64,000 nucleotides of DNA from Alphaproteobacteria bacterium (GCA_964291285.2 OZ219786.1:320001-384000), one strand, 5' to 3'. Shown: positions 42,388 to 53,470, counted from the stretch's first letter. Translations and numbers: made by a program. Notes: generated by a model not told the origin, from the sequence alone.

Positions 42388-43901
42388 GCGCGCGCCTTGC
42401 GCCCCGTGCGGTGAAGCAGGACCAGACAGTCGCGGTTCTTGCGCCGGAGGTCGGCGCAGGCGCGTCTGGCGTCGTCTTCCGCGAACCCGGTAAGGCGGGC
42501 CCGGTAGAGCTTGCGCCCGCTGGACGCTCTCATCGGCCAGGCGCCAGCATAAACCCCGCTAGGCAGTCCGCGCAGCAGGTCCGCAGCGGCCAGCGCCTGC
42601 CGGCGCGCCCGTTTCTGGCTGGCATAAACGCCGACCTGCACGGCGTATCCTCCCGCACGCGCCGATTGCGCCGGCGGCAGCTTCGGCACCGCGGCCATGG
42701 CGGGCAGCCGGGATGCCGGCGCGGCAGGCTTCGCCTTCGCCGGCGAAGGGGTGGTGGGCGCGGCAGCGGTCGCCGTCGGAGCCGGCGGCGGCGCGGCCCT
42801 GGGCGAGGGCACCGGCAGCGGCGCCATGACGGGAGCCGCGCCATGGCGAACGACGAAACAGTCCGTGCGCCGCCTCTTGAGATCGCGGCAGGCCTGCCGG
42901 GCATCGCGCTTGCTATAGCCGATCAGGCGCGCCTGGTAGATCGTGCCGCCCTTGCGTCGCGCCTTGGGCCAAGCTCCCCAGGCGCCTCCCTGCGGCGTGC
43001 CGACCTTAAGCGCCGCGGCGCGCGCCAGGCCGCGGGCGGCGGACCTGTCCCCGACCGCCCCCACCTGCACGGCCCAGACGAGGCCGCTTTCACTGACGGC
43101 CGGGCGCAGCTTCAGCCGGGCGAAGATGCGGTCCGTCAGCTTCGCGACATGGCGGTCGCGCGAGCGGGCCGTGCGCCCTCCCATGACCACGGTAATCAGC
43201 CGGCGGCCATTGCGGACCGCGGAAAAGGCCAGGTTGAAGCCCGATTTGGAGATGTAGCCGGTCTTCAGCCCGTCAGCGCCGGAATAGCGCCGCAGCAGGC
43301 GGTTGTGCGAGCGGTAGGTGCGCCCCCTGAACTTGAACGATTTCAGGGAGAAATAGTCATAATATTGTGGGAAATTCCGCATGAGGGCGCGCGCCAGCCG
43401 GGCCATGTCGCGGGCCGTGGTCCATTGCTTTGAATGCCAGAGCCCGGAAGCGTTTCGGAACGAGGTGCGGTGCATGCCGAGCTCCCGCGCCTTGCGGTTC
43501 ATCACCCTCGCGAATTTCCGTTCGCTGCCAGCGATGAAATAGGCGACGGTCGTGGCGACATCGTTCGCGGACTTGACGACAAGGGCCCTGATGGCGTCGC
43601 GGACAGTGATCGTCGATCCCTGTTTGAGGCCGAGCCGGGACGCCGGCTGCAGGGTCGCGCGGTGCGGCACCTTCATGCGGGTCGAGAGTTTGTACTTGCC
43701 GCTGCGAAGCCGCTCAAAAATGAGATAAACCGTCATCATCTTGGTCAGCGATGCTGGATAACGGCGCGCCGTGGACCGTTCGCCGTGGAGCACGGCGCCG
43801 CTGTCGGCGTCGATGACGACCGCGGCATAGCGCGCCGCCGGCGCGGGGCCGGCCGCCAGAATGGCCGCCGCCAGAAGCAGAACAGAGAGAATCGCCTTCA
43901 T
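42384..43901 (-). CDS. D-alanyl-D-alanine carboxypeptidase with two SPOR-like domains
   Basis: PASLTK, SAND, KTG; two AVQVG..A...Y.ARL.G...A..AC modules separated by a Pro/Ala linker. Confidence 0.9.
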   Translation of the reverse strand: MKAILSVLLLAAAILAAGPAPAARYAAVVIDADSGAVLHGERSTARRYPASLTKMMTVYLIFERLRSGKYKLSTRMKVPHRATLQPASRLGLKQGSTITVRDAIRALVVKSANDVATTVAYFIAGSERKFARVMNRKARELGMHRTSFRNASGLWHSKQWTTARDMARLARALMRNFPQYYDYFSLKSFKFRGRTYRSHNRLLRRYSGADGLKTGYISKSGFNLAFSAVRNGRRLITVVMGGRTARSRDRHVAKLTDRIFARLKLRPAVSESGLVWAVQVGAVGDRSAARGLARAAALKVGTPQGGAWGAWPKARRKGGTIYQARLIGYSKRDARQACRDLKRRRTDCFVVRHGAAPVMAPLPVPSPRAAPPPAPTATAAAPTTPSPAKAKPAAPASRLPAMAAVPKLPPAQSARAGGYAVQVGVYASQKRARRQALAAADLLRGLPSGVYAGAWPMRASSGRKLYRARLTGFAEDDARRACADLRRKNRDCLVLLHRTGRKARA

Positions 43902-44074
43902 GGGCCCTCCTTGGCCCACATAAAGTCAATCCGGGTTCGCCGCAATGCCGGATGGTATTTTTTTCCTCCACCGGAAACCCCGGGGCGAGACCTTGAACGG
44001 ATACGGCTTACTCCTACTTCGATAGCTGGGTTATGCTAGGCTCTCGGATGCGGCCCCCGGGCGGGAGAGAAAGG

Positions 44075-44401
44075 ATGAGCGACGAACGGCGAGGCGGAGA
44101 CGAGGGCCCGAACACGGGCGTGCTCGTCAGGACCAAGCCGGAGACGAATAAGCCGTCATTGTACAAGGTCATTATGCTCAATGACGACTACACGCCGATG
44201 GAGTTCGTCGTCCACGTCCTGCAAGCCTTCTTCAACAAGGGCCGGGAGGAAGCGACGAATATCATGCTGATGGTCCACCAGCGGGGAATCGGGGTCTGTG
44301 GTGTCTATACCTACGAAGTCGCCGAGACCAAGGTGACGCAGGTTGTGGACTTCGCGCGTCGGCACGAACACCCTCTGCAGCTGACGCTTGAGAAGGAGTA
44401 G
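44075..44401 (+). CDS. clpS: ClpS adaptor
   Basis: [25 protein letters not shown]. Confidence 0.96.
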   Translation: MSDERRGGDEGPNTGVLVRTKPETNKPSLYKVIMLNDDYTPMEFVVHVLQAFFNKGREEATNIMLMVHQRGIGVCGVYTYEVAETKVTQVVDFARRHEHPLQLTLEKE

Positions 44402-44408
44402 CCGGTCG

Positions 44409-46733
44409 ATGCTGTCGCGCACCCTCGAACAGACGCTGCACCGGGCGCTCTCCTACGCCAAGGAGCGCCGGCACGAATATGCGACGCTGGAGCACCTGCT
44501 GCTGGCGCTCACCGAGGACCGGGACTGCATGGCGGTGCTGCGCGCCTGCTCGGTCGATGTGGACAATCTGCGCTCCGAGGTGACCGGCTACCTGGACGAG
44601 GAGCTCGACAACCTCGTCGTGGAGCGCGACGGGGACCCCAAGCCGACCGCCGGCTTCCAGCGCGTCCTGCAGCGCGCCGCGATCCACGTGCAGTCGTCCG
44701 GGCGCGAGGAGGTGACGGGCGCCAACGTGCTCGTGGCGATCTTCTCCGAGCGGGAAAGCCACGCCGTGTTCTTCCTGCAGGGCCAGGAAATGACCCGCCT
44801 CGACGCCGTCAACTACATCAGCCACGGCATCGCCAAGAGCGCCGGCCAGTCGGAACCCCGGCGGGTGCGCGGCGCGGAGGAGCGCCAGGAGAACGAGGGC
44901 GGCGAGCCGGGCGGCCGCAAGCCCGCCGAGGCGCTGCAGGCCTATTGCGTCAACCTCAACGAGAAGGCGGACGCCGGCAAGATCGACCCGCTGATCGGGC
45001 GCGAGCTCGAAGTCGAGCGGACGATCCAGATTCTCTGCCGGCGGACCAAGAACAACCCGCTCTATGTGGGCGAGCCCGGCGTCGGCAAGACCGCCATCGC
45101 CGAGGGCCTGGCGCGCAAGATCGTCGAGGGCGCGGTGCCGGAGGTGCTGGCGGAGGCCACGATCTACGCGCTCGACATGGGCTCGCTGCTCGCGGGCACG
45201 CGCTACCGGGGCGATTTCGAGGAGCGGCTGAAACAGGTGCTGGCGGAACTGGACGCGCTCGAGGGCGCCATCCTGTTCATCGACGAGATCCACACCGTCA
45301 TCGGCGCCGGCGCCACCAGCGGCGGCTCGATGGACGCCTCCAACATCCTGAAGCCCGCGCTCGCCAGCGGCACGCTGCGCTGCATCGGGTCCACCACCTA
45401 CAAGGAATACCGCAACTATTTCGAGAAGGACCGCGCGCTGGTCCGCCGCTTCCAGAAGATCGACGTGCACGAGCCGTCGGTGCCGGACGCCATCAAGATC
45501 ATGATGGGCCTCAAGCCCTATTACGAGGAGCATCACGGCGTCCGCTACACCACCGAGGCCATCCGCACGGCGGTCAGCCTCTCGGCGCGCTACATCAACG
45601 ACCGCAAGCTGCCGGACAAGGCCATCGACGTGATCGACGAGGTCGGCGCGGCCCAGCTCCTGCTGCCGCCGAGCCGGCGCAAGAAGACCGTCGGCGTGCG
45701 CGACGTCGAGGGCATCGTCGCCAAGATCGCCCGCATCCCGCCGAAGAGCGTGAGCCGCGACGACCGCGAGGCGCTGCAGACGCTGGAGCGCGACCTGAAG
45801 ACGGTGGTGTTCGGCCAGGACCCCGCCATCGAGGCGCTGGCGAGCGCGGTCAAGCTCGCCCGGGCCGGCCTGCGCGAGCCGGAGAAGCCCATCGGCAGCT
45901 ACCTGTTCTCCGGCCCGACGGGCGTCGGCAAGACCGAGGCCGCCCGCCAGCTTGCGCGCTGCCTCGGGGTCGAGCTCGTGCGCTTCGACATGTCCGAATA
46001 CATGGAGCGCCACAGCGTCTCGCGGCTGATCGGCGCCCCGCCCGGCTATGTCGGCTTCGACCAGGGCGGGCTGCTGACGGACGCGGTGGACAAGAACCCG
46101 CATGTGGTGCTGCTGCTCGACGAGATCGAGAAGGCGCATCCGGACGTCTTCAACGTGCTGCTCCAGATCATGGATTACGGCAAGCTGACCGACCACAGCG
46201 GCAAGCAGGTCGATTTCCGCAACGTCATCGTCATCATGACGACCAATGCCGGCGCGTCGGACCTCGCCAAGGCGGCGATCGGCTTCGGGCGCAACGTCCG
46301 CGAGGGCGACGACAAGGAGGCCATCGACAGGCTCTTCACGCCGGAGTTCCGCAACCGCCTGGATGCGATCATCTCCTTCGGCAACCTGCCGATGGAGGTG
46401 GTGCACCGGGTGGTGGACAAGTTCGTCGCGGAGCTCGAGGGCCAGCTCGACGACCGCCAGGTCGAAATCCTGCTGACCGAGGCGGCCCGCGAATGGCTGG
46501 CCGAGAAGGGCTACAGCACCGAATACGGCGCCCGCCCGCTCGCCCGCATCATCCAGGAGCACATCAAGAAGCCGCTCGCCGAGGAACTGCTGTTCGGGCG
46601 GCTGGCCAAGGGCGGCACGGTGGAGGTGGATGCCGGCGAGGACGGCCTGACCTTCGCCTATCCCGACCCGCCGCCTCCCGCCCCGCCGAAAGCGAAAGCG
46701 AAGGCCCGGAAGAAGGAGCCGGCGGCGCTGTAG
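44409..46733 (+). CDS. clpA: ATP-dependent Clp protease ATPase ClpA
   Basis: GEPGVGKT and [24 protein letters not shown]; follows clpS. Confidence 0.97.
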   Translation: MLSRTLEQTLHRALSYAKERRHEYATLEHLLLALTEDRDCMAVLRACSVDVDNLRSEVTGYLDEELDNLVVERDGDPKPTAGFQRVLQRAAIHVQSSGREEVTGANVLVAIFSERESHAVFFLQGQEMTRLDAVNYISHGIAKSAGQSEPRRVRGAEERQENEGGEPGGRKPAEALQAYCVNLNEKADAGKIDPLIGRELEVERTIQILCRRTKNNPLYVGEPGVGKTAIAEGLARKIVEGAVPEVLAEATIYALDMGSLLAGTRYRGDFEERLKQVLAELDALEGAILFIDEIHTVIGAGATSGGSMDASNILKPALASGTLRCIGSTTYKEYRNYFEKDRALVRRFQKIDVHEPSVPDAIKIMMGLKPYYEEHHGVRYTTEAIRTAVSLSARYINDRKLPDKAIDVIDEVGAAQLLLPPSRRKKTVGVRDVEGIVAKIARIPPKSVSRDDREALQTLERDLKTVVFGQDPAIEALASAVKLARAGLREPEKPIGSYLFSGPTGVGKTEAARQLARCLGVELVRFDMSEYMERHSVSRLIGAPPGYVGFDQGGLLTDAVDKNPHVVLLLDEIEKAHPDVFNVLLQIMDYGKLTDHSGKQVDFRNVIVIMTTNAGASDLAKAAIGFGRNVREGDDKEAIDRLFTPEFRNRLDAIISFGNLPMEVVHRVVDKFVAELEGQLDDRQVEILLTEAAREWLAEKGYSTEYGARPLARIIQEHIKKPLAEELLFGRLAKGGTVEVDAGEDGLTFAYPDPPPPAPPKAKAKARKKEPAAL

Positions 46734-46790
46734 AGTCGTGCTTCCGAAGTTCGTATCGCCTCGTTCGGAGCGCCCGACCGCTCCCCTCTC

Positions 46791-46821
46791 CGTCATGCCC
46801 AAAACAAGTCCGGGCATGACG
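46791..46821. repeat. Short REP-like palindrome
   Basis: CGTCATGCCC-N11-GGGCATGACG in the clpA-sulfatase gap. Confidence 0.5.
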
Positions 46822-46891
46822 ATATGGCCATGATGGGCCGGGCGGTGCCGGGACGAGGCCCGAGTCCCCGACCAACCGGAGCGACCCAGCA

Positions 46892-49198
46892 GTGAGCGAA
46901 TTCGAAGGCGCCATCGCGCGCACCCACGCGGAGTCCACCCCCCACTGGCGGGACCATCCGCGCCCGCCGGCAGGCAGCCCGAACGTCGTCATCATATACA
47001 TGGACGACATGGGCTGGTCGGACCCCGGCTGCTACGGCTCGGAGATCGAAACGCCGCACCTGGACGCACTGGCGGCGCGCGGCCTGCAGTTCACCCACTA
47101 CACGACGCACCCGATCTGCTCGCCCGCGCGGGCGGCCTTGCTCACCGGGCGCAACTCCCATGCCGTCGGCACAGGCTGGCTGTCCAACAACAATGCCGGC
47201 TTTCCCGGCTATTCGGGCGAGATTCCGCTCGACCAGCCGACCATTGCGGAAACCTTCAGGGCAGCCGGCTACGCCACCATGATGACCGGCAAGTGGCACA
47301 ACACGCCGACCCCGGATACGACGGCCGCCGGGCCGAAGCACAACTGGCCGTCGCAGCGCGGCTTCGACAGCTTCTACGGTTTCATGGACGGCGAGACGCA
47401 CTTCTTCTTCCCCTCCAGGCTGCAGATCGACAACACCCTGGCGCCGCTCGACATCTACCCGGAGGACTACTACGCCACCGACGACTGGACCGACAGGACG
47501 ATCCAGAACACCCTGGCGCCGCTCGACATCTACCCGGAGGACTACTACGCCACCGACGACTGGACCGACAGGACGATCCAGAACATCAAGGAGCTGCGGG
47601 CGGCATCGTCCGACAAGCCGTTCTTCGCCTACATCGCGCACAACGCGGTGCACGCGCCGCTGCAGTCGAAGGCTTCGGACATGGCGCGCTACGAGGGCCG
47701 CTACGATGCGGGCTGGACCGCCATCCGCCGCGAGCGCTTCAGGCGGCAGCTCCAGATGGGCCTGGTCCCGGCCGGCACCCGCCTGCCGGAGTCCGATCCG
47801 CGCGCGCCGCGGTGGGAGGACACCGACCCGGCCGACCGCAGGCTGTTCGCGCGCCACATGGAAACCTATGCGGCGATGCTCGATTGCGTGGACCAGAATG
47901 TCGGCAAGCTGGTCCGCTTCCTCGACCGGCTGGGCGAGCTCGACAACACCATCATCGTCTTCAGTTCGGACAATGGCGGCACCGACGCCGGCGGCGAACA
48001 CGGCATGTTCAACAACAACCGCCGCTATATGGGCCTGCCGGCGCAGCCGCTCGCCGATGACCGTGCGCAGGTGGAGGATCTCGGCGGGCCGCGGAGCGTC
48101 TCGCTCTATCCCACCGCATGGGGCGAGGTGTGCAACACGCCGTTCCCGACCTTCAAGACCTACACCGGCGGCGGGGGCCGGCGGGTGTCGTTCCTGTTCA
48201 GCTGGCCGGCCGGCATTCCGGCCCGGGGCGAGCGGCGCGGGCAGTTCGTGCATGTCACCGACGTGATGCCGACCCTGCTCGACCTGGCGGGCGTTTCCGC
48301 GCTCGACGAGGTGAACGGCAAGCCCGCCGGCGCGCCCGACGGCGTGAGCTTCAGGCCGGTGCTGGCGGACGCCGCGGCAGAGTCGCCGCGCACGGAGCAG
48401 TATTACGAATGCTGGTCCAACCGCGCCTACTACCGCAGCGGCTGGCTCGCCCGGTCCATACAGAAACGCGGCGCGCCCATCGACCTCGACAACTGGACGC
48501 TGCACAACCTCGACGAGGATTTCTCGGAAAGCGAGGACGTGCGCGCGCAGCACCCGGACAAGCTCAAGGAACTGGTGGACGCCTTCGACGAGGCCGCATG
48601 GGCCAATCTCGTATATCCGCTCGACAACCGCGACCGGTTCCAGAAATTCGCCGACGTCTCGCCGGCCGCCCGCGAACGCGCCGACACGCCGCGGACGTTC
48701 TATCCCGGCGCGCAGACGACGCACCGCGACGACATCCTCCCGATGATCGCCGACCGCAGCTTCCGCATCGATACGCGGTTCGACCATGCGGCCGGCGACG
48801 AGGGCGTGTTGTGGGCGGTCGGCGACCCGATCGGCGGCATCGTCATGTACATCGAGCGCGATGCGTTGAACCTCCACTACAACGGCTTCGGCGAAACCGT
48901 GTCGCTGCCGCCGATGCCTCTTCGCGCGGGCGCGCGCACCGTCACGTTCGACTACGAGGCGCTGGGCGGCAGGCAGGGGCGGGCGCGTGTGCTGTCCGGC
49001 GCCGCCGTGCTGTGCGACTGGACGGCGATGTCGCCCACGCTGTCGTTCGGCGTGTTCGAGGGCCTCGACATCGGGCTCGTGCGGCGCGGCCCCGTATTGT
49101 GGACGCTTTACGAGGAGCACGGCGCGTTCCGCTTCACCGGCGCCATCGAGCATGTGCATGTCACGCCGGGCGCCCGGGCGGACGCTGCGGGCGCATGA
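46892..49198 (+). CDS. Arylsulfatase (Cys-type)
   Basis: MDDMG, CSPARAALLTGR, GKWH, HAP.Q, SSDNG. Confidence 0.9.
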   Translation: MSEFEGAIARTHAESTPHWRDHPRPPAGSPNVVIIYMDDMGWSDPGCYGSEIETPHLDALAARGLQFTHYTTHPICSPARAALLTGRNSHAVGTGWLSNNNAGFPGYSGEIPLDQPTIAETFRAAGYATMMTGKWHNTPTPDTTAAGPKHNWPSQRGFDSFYGFMDGETHFFFPSRLQIDNTLAPLDIYPEDYYATDDWTDRTIQNTLAPLDIYPEDYYATDDWTDRTIQNIKELRAASSDKPFFAYIAHNAVHAPLQSKASDMARYEGRYDAGWTAIRRERFRRQLQMGLVPAGTRLPESDPRAPRWEDTDPADRRLFARHMETYAAMLDCVDQNVGKLVRFLDRLGELDNTIIVFSSDNGGTDAGGEHGMFNNNRRYMGLPAQPLADDRAQVEDLGGPRSVSLYPTAWGEVCNTPFPTFKTYTGGGGRRVSFLFSWPAGIPARGERRGQFVHVTDVMPTLLDLAGVSALDEVNGKPAGAPDGVSFRPVLADAAAESPRTEQYYECWSNRAYYRSGWLARSIQKRGAPIDLDNWTLHNLDEDFSESEDVRAQHPDKLKELVDAFDEAAWANLVYPLDNRDRFQKFADVSPAARERADTPRTFYPGAQTTHRDDILPMIADRSFRIDTRFDHAAGDEGVLWAVGDPIGGIVMYIERDALNLHYNGFGETVSLPPMPLRAGARTVTFDYEALGGRQGRARVLSGAAVLCDWTAMSPTLSFGVFEGLDIGLVRRGPVLWTLYEEHGAFRFTGAIEHVHVTPGARADAAGA
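47432..47581 (+). repeat. Exact 75-bp in-frame tandem duplication within the sulfatase
   Basis: 47432-47506 equals 47507-47581 (NTLAPLDIYPEDYYATDDWTDRTIQ x2). Confidence 0.95.
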
Positions 49199-50352
49199 TG
49201 ACCGGCTATCGCCGACCCGGCCCCCGGATCCGGGCGGCGGCGGCCGCCGCCCTGCTCTGCCTGGGCGCTGTTGCGGGCGGCCCCGCCGACGCCGCCGGGG
49301 CGCGCGAATACCGCTCCGAGAAGCACGCCTTCCGCCTCGTCCCGGTCGGCGGCCCGTTCGACCGGGCGTGGGGCATGGCCTTCCTTCCCGGAGGCGGCAT
49401 GCTGGTGACGGAGCTGGAGGGCAATCTCCGCCTCCTGGAGCCGGGCGGACAGCCCTCGGACCCGCTGCCGGGGCTGCCGCGCCTCGGGGAATACGGCCAG
49501 GGCGGGCTGATGGACGTCGCGCTCGATCCCGGCTTCGCGGCCAACGGGCGGCTCTATCTCAGCCACATCGCGGACACGCCCGACGGCTGGACGACGGCGG
49601 TCAGCACGGCGCGGCTGGAGGGCGGCCGGCTCCACGGGTTCGAGACCGTCTTCACCGCCCGCGCGGCCAGCGGCACGGGCCGGCATTTCGGCTCGCGGCT
49701 CCGGTTCGCGCCGGACGGGACGTTGTTCGTCACCATCGGCGACCGCGGCTACCGGCCGAGCGCCCAGGACCTCGGCAACCACGCCGGCGCGGTCCTGCGG
49801 CTCGGTCCCGACGGCGCGGCGGCGCCCGGCAACCCCTTCGCCGGCAGGGCCGGGGCGCTGCCGGAGATATGGTCCTACGGGCACCGCAACCCGCAGGGCC
49901 TCGCCTTCGACCCGGAGACGGGCCGGCTGTGGTCGCAGGAGCACGGGCCGCGCGGCGGCGACGAGGTCAACCTCGTCCGGCGCGGGCGGAACTACGGCTG
50001 GCCGGTCATCACCTACGGGCGCAATTACAGCGGCACCAGGATCACCGACGAGACCGCGCGGCCGGGCATGGAGCAGCCCGCGACCTACTGGACGCCCTCC
50101 ATCGCGCCGTCGGGGCTGACGGTCTATCGCGGCGGCAGGTTCCCGCACTGGGACGGCAACCTCTTCGTCGGCGCGCTCCGCGCCCAACTCCTCGTCCGGC
50201 TGGAGACCGACGGGGACAGGGTGGTCCACGAAGAGCGCCTGCTGGCGGATTTCGGCAACCGCATCCGCGACGTGCGCACCGGCCCGGACGGCCTGATCTA
50301 CCTGCTGCTGGACGAAAACGACGCCCGGATCTGGCGCCTGGAGCCGCTTTAG
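49195..50352 (+). CDS. PQQ-dependent sugar dehydrogenase (YliI/GSDH family)
   Basis: Signal peptide, GQGGLMD, HFGSRL, YGHRNPQG, EHGPRGGDE, NYGWP, IAPSG. Confidence 0.92.
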   Translation: MMTGYRRPGPRIRAAAAAALLCLGAVAGGPADAAGAREYRSEKHAFRLVPVGGPFDRAWGMAFLPGGGMLVTELEGNLRLLEPGGQPSDPLPGLPRLGEYGQGGLMDVALDPGFAANGRLYLSHIADTPDGWTTAVSTARLEGGRLHGFETVFTARAASGTGRHFGSRLRFAPDGTLFVTIGDRGYRPSAQDLGNHAGAVLRLGPDGAAAPGNPFAGRAGALPEIWSYGHRNPQGLAFDPETGRLWSQEHGPRGGDEVNLVRRGRNYGWPVITYGRNYSGTRITDETARPGMEQPATYWTPSIAPSGLTVYRGGRFPHWDGNLFVGALRAQLLVRLETDGDRVVHEERLLADFGNRIRDVRTGPDGLIYLLLDENDARIWRLEPL

Positions 50353-50380
50353 GCGCGGCGGGCTCTGGACAGGCCTTTCC

Positions 50381-50465
50381 CTCACCCTGAGTAGCCGACC
50401 GGAGGGAGGCGTATCGAAGGGCCGTCCCCTTCGACAAGCTCAGGACGGGCTCTCGATACGCGGCT
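50381..50465. repeat. Alphaproteobacterial REP/RIME-like intergenic element
   Basis: CTCACCCTGAG...GCGTATCGAAGGG followed by CCCTTCGACAAGCTCAGGA and TCGATACGC; nested palindromes. Confidence 0.55.
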
Positions 50466-50843
50466 GACGCCGCCCCCCGGGATGCGGGTCCGAGGGCAGC
50501 GCCCGCGCACGACTTTTCGTCGCTCCCGGACACGGCCTGCTCCGCGCAGAAAACAAATTCGGTTTAATTTCCCCTTTTAGCTTGCATTCACCCTCTTTGT
50601 TCCCTATATACCCCCATACCCATACCGGTCGGCAAGCGAGCGAAGCGATGACCCGAATGCGGCCCGGGGCGCGCGCCAGCGCCCGACGGGCATCCCACAC
50701 CTCCCGGGGGGCGGAACAGCAGCCGCCCAACGGGACAGGTGCGTCCGGCGCAAGGCGCCGCGCCGGAGGCATCGGGACGGAACGGCGCCGGAAGTCGAAA
50801 ACACCTGAAACGGCAGCCGCGCCGGATACGGAGAGAAGGAGAG

Positions 50844-51284
50844 ATGACGAAAACGGCAACAAGCGGGCTGGGAGGCGCGCGGAAGGGCAAGGCCGTCAGC
50901 GAGGACCTGCGGCGCCGGGCGGTGGCGGCGGTGCTGGACGAAGGGATGGCCGTTCGCGCCGCAGCGCGGAAGTTCGATGTCGCCGCGGCCAGCGTTCACC
51001 GCTGGCTCGGGCGCTTCCGGGCGCGCGGCGATGTCCGGGCGGACCCGCCCGGCGGCCGCCCCTCGTTCATCGAAGCGGAGCGTCCACGGGTCCTCCGCCT
51101 CCTGGAGAAACAGCCGGAGATCGGCAACCACGGCCTCCACGCCGCCCTCGCCGCCGAGGGCATCGCCGTCAGCCTCTCCACGGTGAAACGCTTCCTGAAA
51201 CTCAACGGCCTGCAACGCAAACAACGCCGCGCGCGGCAGCGCGGGCAGCCGAAACCGCTGGACATTCCGCAAAGGCGGCCGTAG
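50844..51284 (+). CDS. IS630-type double-HTH protein without a DDE domain
   Basis: SEDLRRRAV..G...AAARKF.V...SV.RW and L...GIAVSLSTV.RFL; AGAAGGAG RBS; no catalytic ORF follows. Confidence 0.7.
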   Translation: MTKTATSGLGGARKGKAVSEDLRRRAVAAVLDEGMAVRAAARKFDVAAASVHRWLGRFRARGDVRADPPGGRPSFIEAERPRVLRLLEKQPEIGNHGLHAALAAEGIAVSLSTVKRFLKLNGLQRKQRRARQRGQPKPLDIPQRRP

Positions 51285-51477
51285 ATTGCCGCCAACACCC
51301 CCTGCGGTTTCGACCGCAGGGCGCGGGGCCTCTTCGGAGGCCCCTGCTTACCTTCCTGTGACTGGCGATCAACACTTTCTTCTATCCTCCATATCGCTTA
51401 TCAATTGAGCACTTAGACCTTTCCCTCTGCTCTGATCTGGAATCCCTTCCTACTTCCTCTGAGATCAAACCACCGAT

Positions 51478-51643
51478 ATGGCTGAATCCACCACCCCGAC
51501 ACTACCAAACGACAACGATGCGGCGGCTGTGACATCATCCGCGAACTATACGCCTCCGACCGTCCGGTTTCATAGTTTGACTTTTTCCGATGGAAGTGTT
51601 GTAGAAATATCGTCCTCTGATATTGTCGTTCTTGTTGGACCTA
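51478..51643 (+). pseudogene. N-terminal fragment of an AAA/ABC-type ATPase gene cut by IS5
   Basis: LTFSDG..V.I...DIVVLVGP ends at the start of a likely Walker A exactly at the IS junction; low GC. Confidence 0.65.
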
Positions 51644-52518
51644 GGCCCTGTGGACGTATTGACTCAGGAGCGTGTTCAGGGATTCCCGTGCGAGGATTTG
51701 TCTGAATCATGAGGCGTCGGCGATTCGGGGGTTTCGTTGATGTCGACGAAGATGACGAATGGAGACTGGGAGGTTGCGCTGGAGGTTTTCCGGCTTTGCC
51801 TTCCGAGGCGGGGTGCGAAGGCGAAGGACGACCGTCTGTTTCTGGAGGCGCTGCACTTCTTTGCGGTTCACAACATCACCTGGCGGGCGCTGCCGGAGCG
51901 GTTCGGGCACTGGAATACGGTATGGCGGCGTTTTCACCGTCTGAGCCGTTCAGGGGTGTTCGAGGACTTTTTCGCCACGCTGGCGGATTTGAGCAGCACG
52001 GCGCACCTGGTTCAGATGTTCGATTCGACCGTGACCCGCGCGCATGTATCGGCGGCCGGCGCAAAAGGGGGCAGCAGGGTCAGGCGCTTGGACGCTCGCG
52101 GGGCGGTTTCAGCACCAAAATCCACCTGAAGACCGATTTCGACGGCCTGCCGATCGCCTTCGACCTGACCGGCGGCGAGGCAGCCGACAGTCCGCATTTC
52201 GAGACCCTGATGGACATCGGCCCCGATGTCCGGCCCCGCGCCATCGTCGCCGACAAGGGCTATGACAGCGCCGGAAACCGCCAACTCGCCCGGAAAAGAG
52301 GCGCCCTGACCGTCATTCCCTACCGGAAGAACATCAAAAACAGGCCAAAGCGCTTCGCAAGCGCGCTCTACAGAGGACGGGCGCGCATCGAACAGGCCGT
52401 CGGCAAGCTCAAACGCTTCAAACGCATCGCCCTGCGCTGCGAAAAGACCGCCACAAACTTCAGCTCCTTCGTCGCACTCGCCGCTGCCTTCATCTTGATC
52501 AAATCCGTCCACAGGACC
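51644..52518 (+). mobile_element. IS5-family element, copy 1 (complete, two-ORF frameshift type)
   Basis: Ends GGCCCTGTGGACG / CGTCCACAGGACC, flanked by TA; orfA WRALPERFG.W.TV and DST; orfB GRSRGG..TKIH, ADKGYD, IE...KLK; AAAAGGGGG at 52063-52071. Confidence 0.92.
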
Positions 52519-52521
52519 TAG
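51737..52521 (+). CDS. IS5 transposase (programmed -1 frameshift near 52065)
   Basis: orfA 51737-52129 overlaps the -1 frame that ends at 52521; slippery A4G5 run. Confidence 0.85.
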
Positions 52522-53297
52522 GCCCTGTGGACGTATTGACTCAGGAGCGTGTTCAGGGATTCCCGTGCGAGGATTTGTCTGAATCATGAGGCGTCGGCGA
52601 TTCGGGGGTTTCGTTGATGTCGACGAAGATGACGAATGGAGACTGGGAGGTTGCGCTGGAGGTTTTCCGGCTTTGCCTTCCGAGGCGGGGTGCGAAGGCG
52701 AAGGACGACCGTCTGTTTCTGGAGGCGCTGCACTTCTTTGCGGTTCACAACATCACCTGGCGGGCGCTGCCGGAGCGGTTCGGGCACTGGAATACGGTAT
52801 GGCGGCGTTTTCACCGTCTGAGCCGTTCAGGGGTGTTCGAGGACTTTTTCGCCACGCTGGCGGATTTGAGCAGCACGGCGCACCTGGTTCAGATGTTCGA
52901 TTCGACCGTGACCCGCGCGCATGTATCGGCGGCCGGCGCAAAAGGGGGCAGCAGGGTCAGGCGCTTGGACGCTCGCGGGGCGGTTTCAGCACCAAAATCC
53001 ACCTGAAGACCGATTTCGACGGCCTGCCGATCGCCTTCGACCTGACCGGCGGCGAGGCTGCCGACAGTCCGCATTTCGAGACCCTGATGGACATCGGCCC
53101 CGATGTCCGGCCCCGCGCCATCGTCGCCGACAAGGGCTATGACAGCGCCGGAAACCGCCAACTCGCCCGGAAAAGAGGCGCCCTGACCGTCATTCCCTAC
53201 CGGAAGAACATCAAAAACAGGCCAAAGCGCTTCGCAAGCGCGCTCTACAGAGGACGGGCGCGCATCGAACAGGCCGTCGGCAAGCTCAAACGTTTCA
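52521..53297 (+). mobile_element. IS5-family element, copy 2 (3' truncated)
   Basis: Near-identical to copy 1 at an 877-bp offset; similarity ends at ~53292-53297; right IR missing. Confidence 0.9.
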
Positions 53298-53470
53298 GTA
53301 TTCCACCGTACGCCTGTCTGTTCGTGGCAACTGATGTCAAAGGAAATCGTTGTATATCAATGAAGTATTGGTTTTCCCGGTGGACAAGGCGCGCCAGGAC
53401 TACGCCCCGGTTGACTTTCATGTGTTGACCTGTATGGTGATATTCAGGGCTGTTTCGAAGGAATATCACT

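Noticed and set aside
44262-46817. Long antisense ORFs (e.g. 44262-46817, 3426-5543, 9510-11498, 46793-49159)
   Set aside because: Shadow frames of well-supported genes in high-GC DNA; no motifs of their own.
46791-46821. CATGAC-containing palindrome as a third cassette copy
   Set aside because: It is an inverted repeat of REP type, with no phased array or leader.
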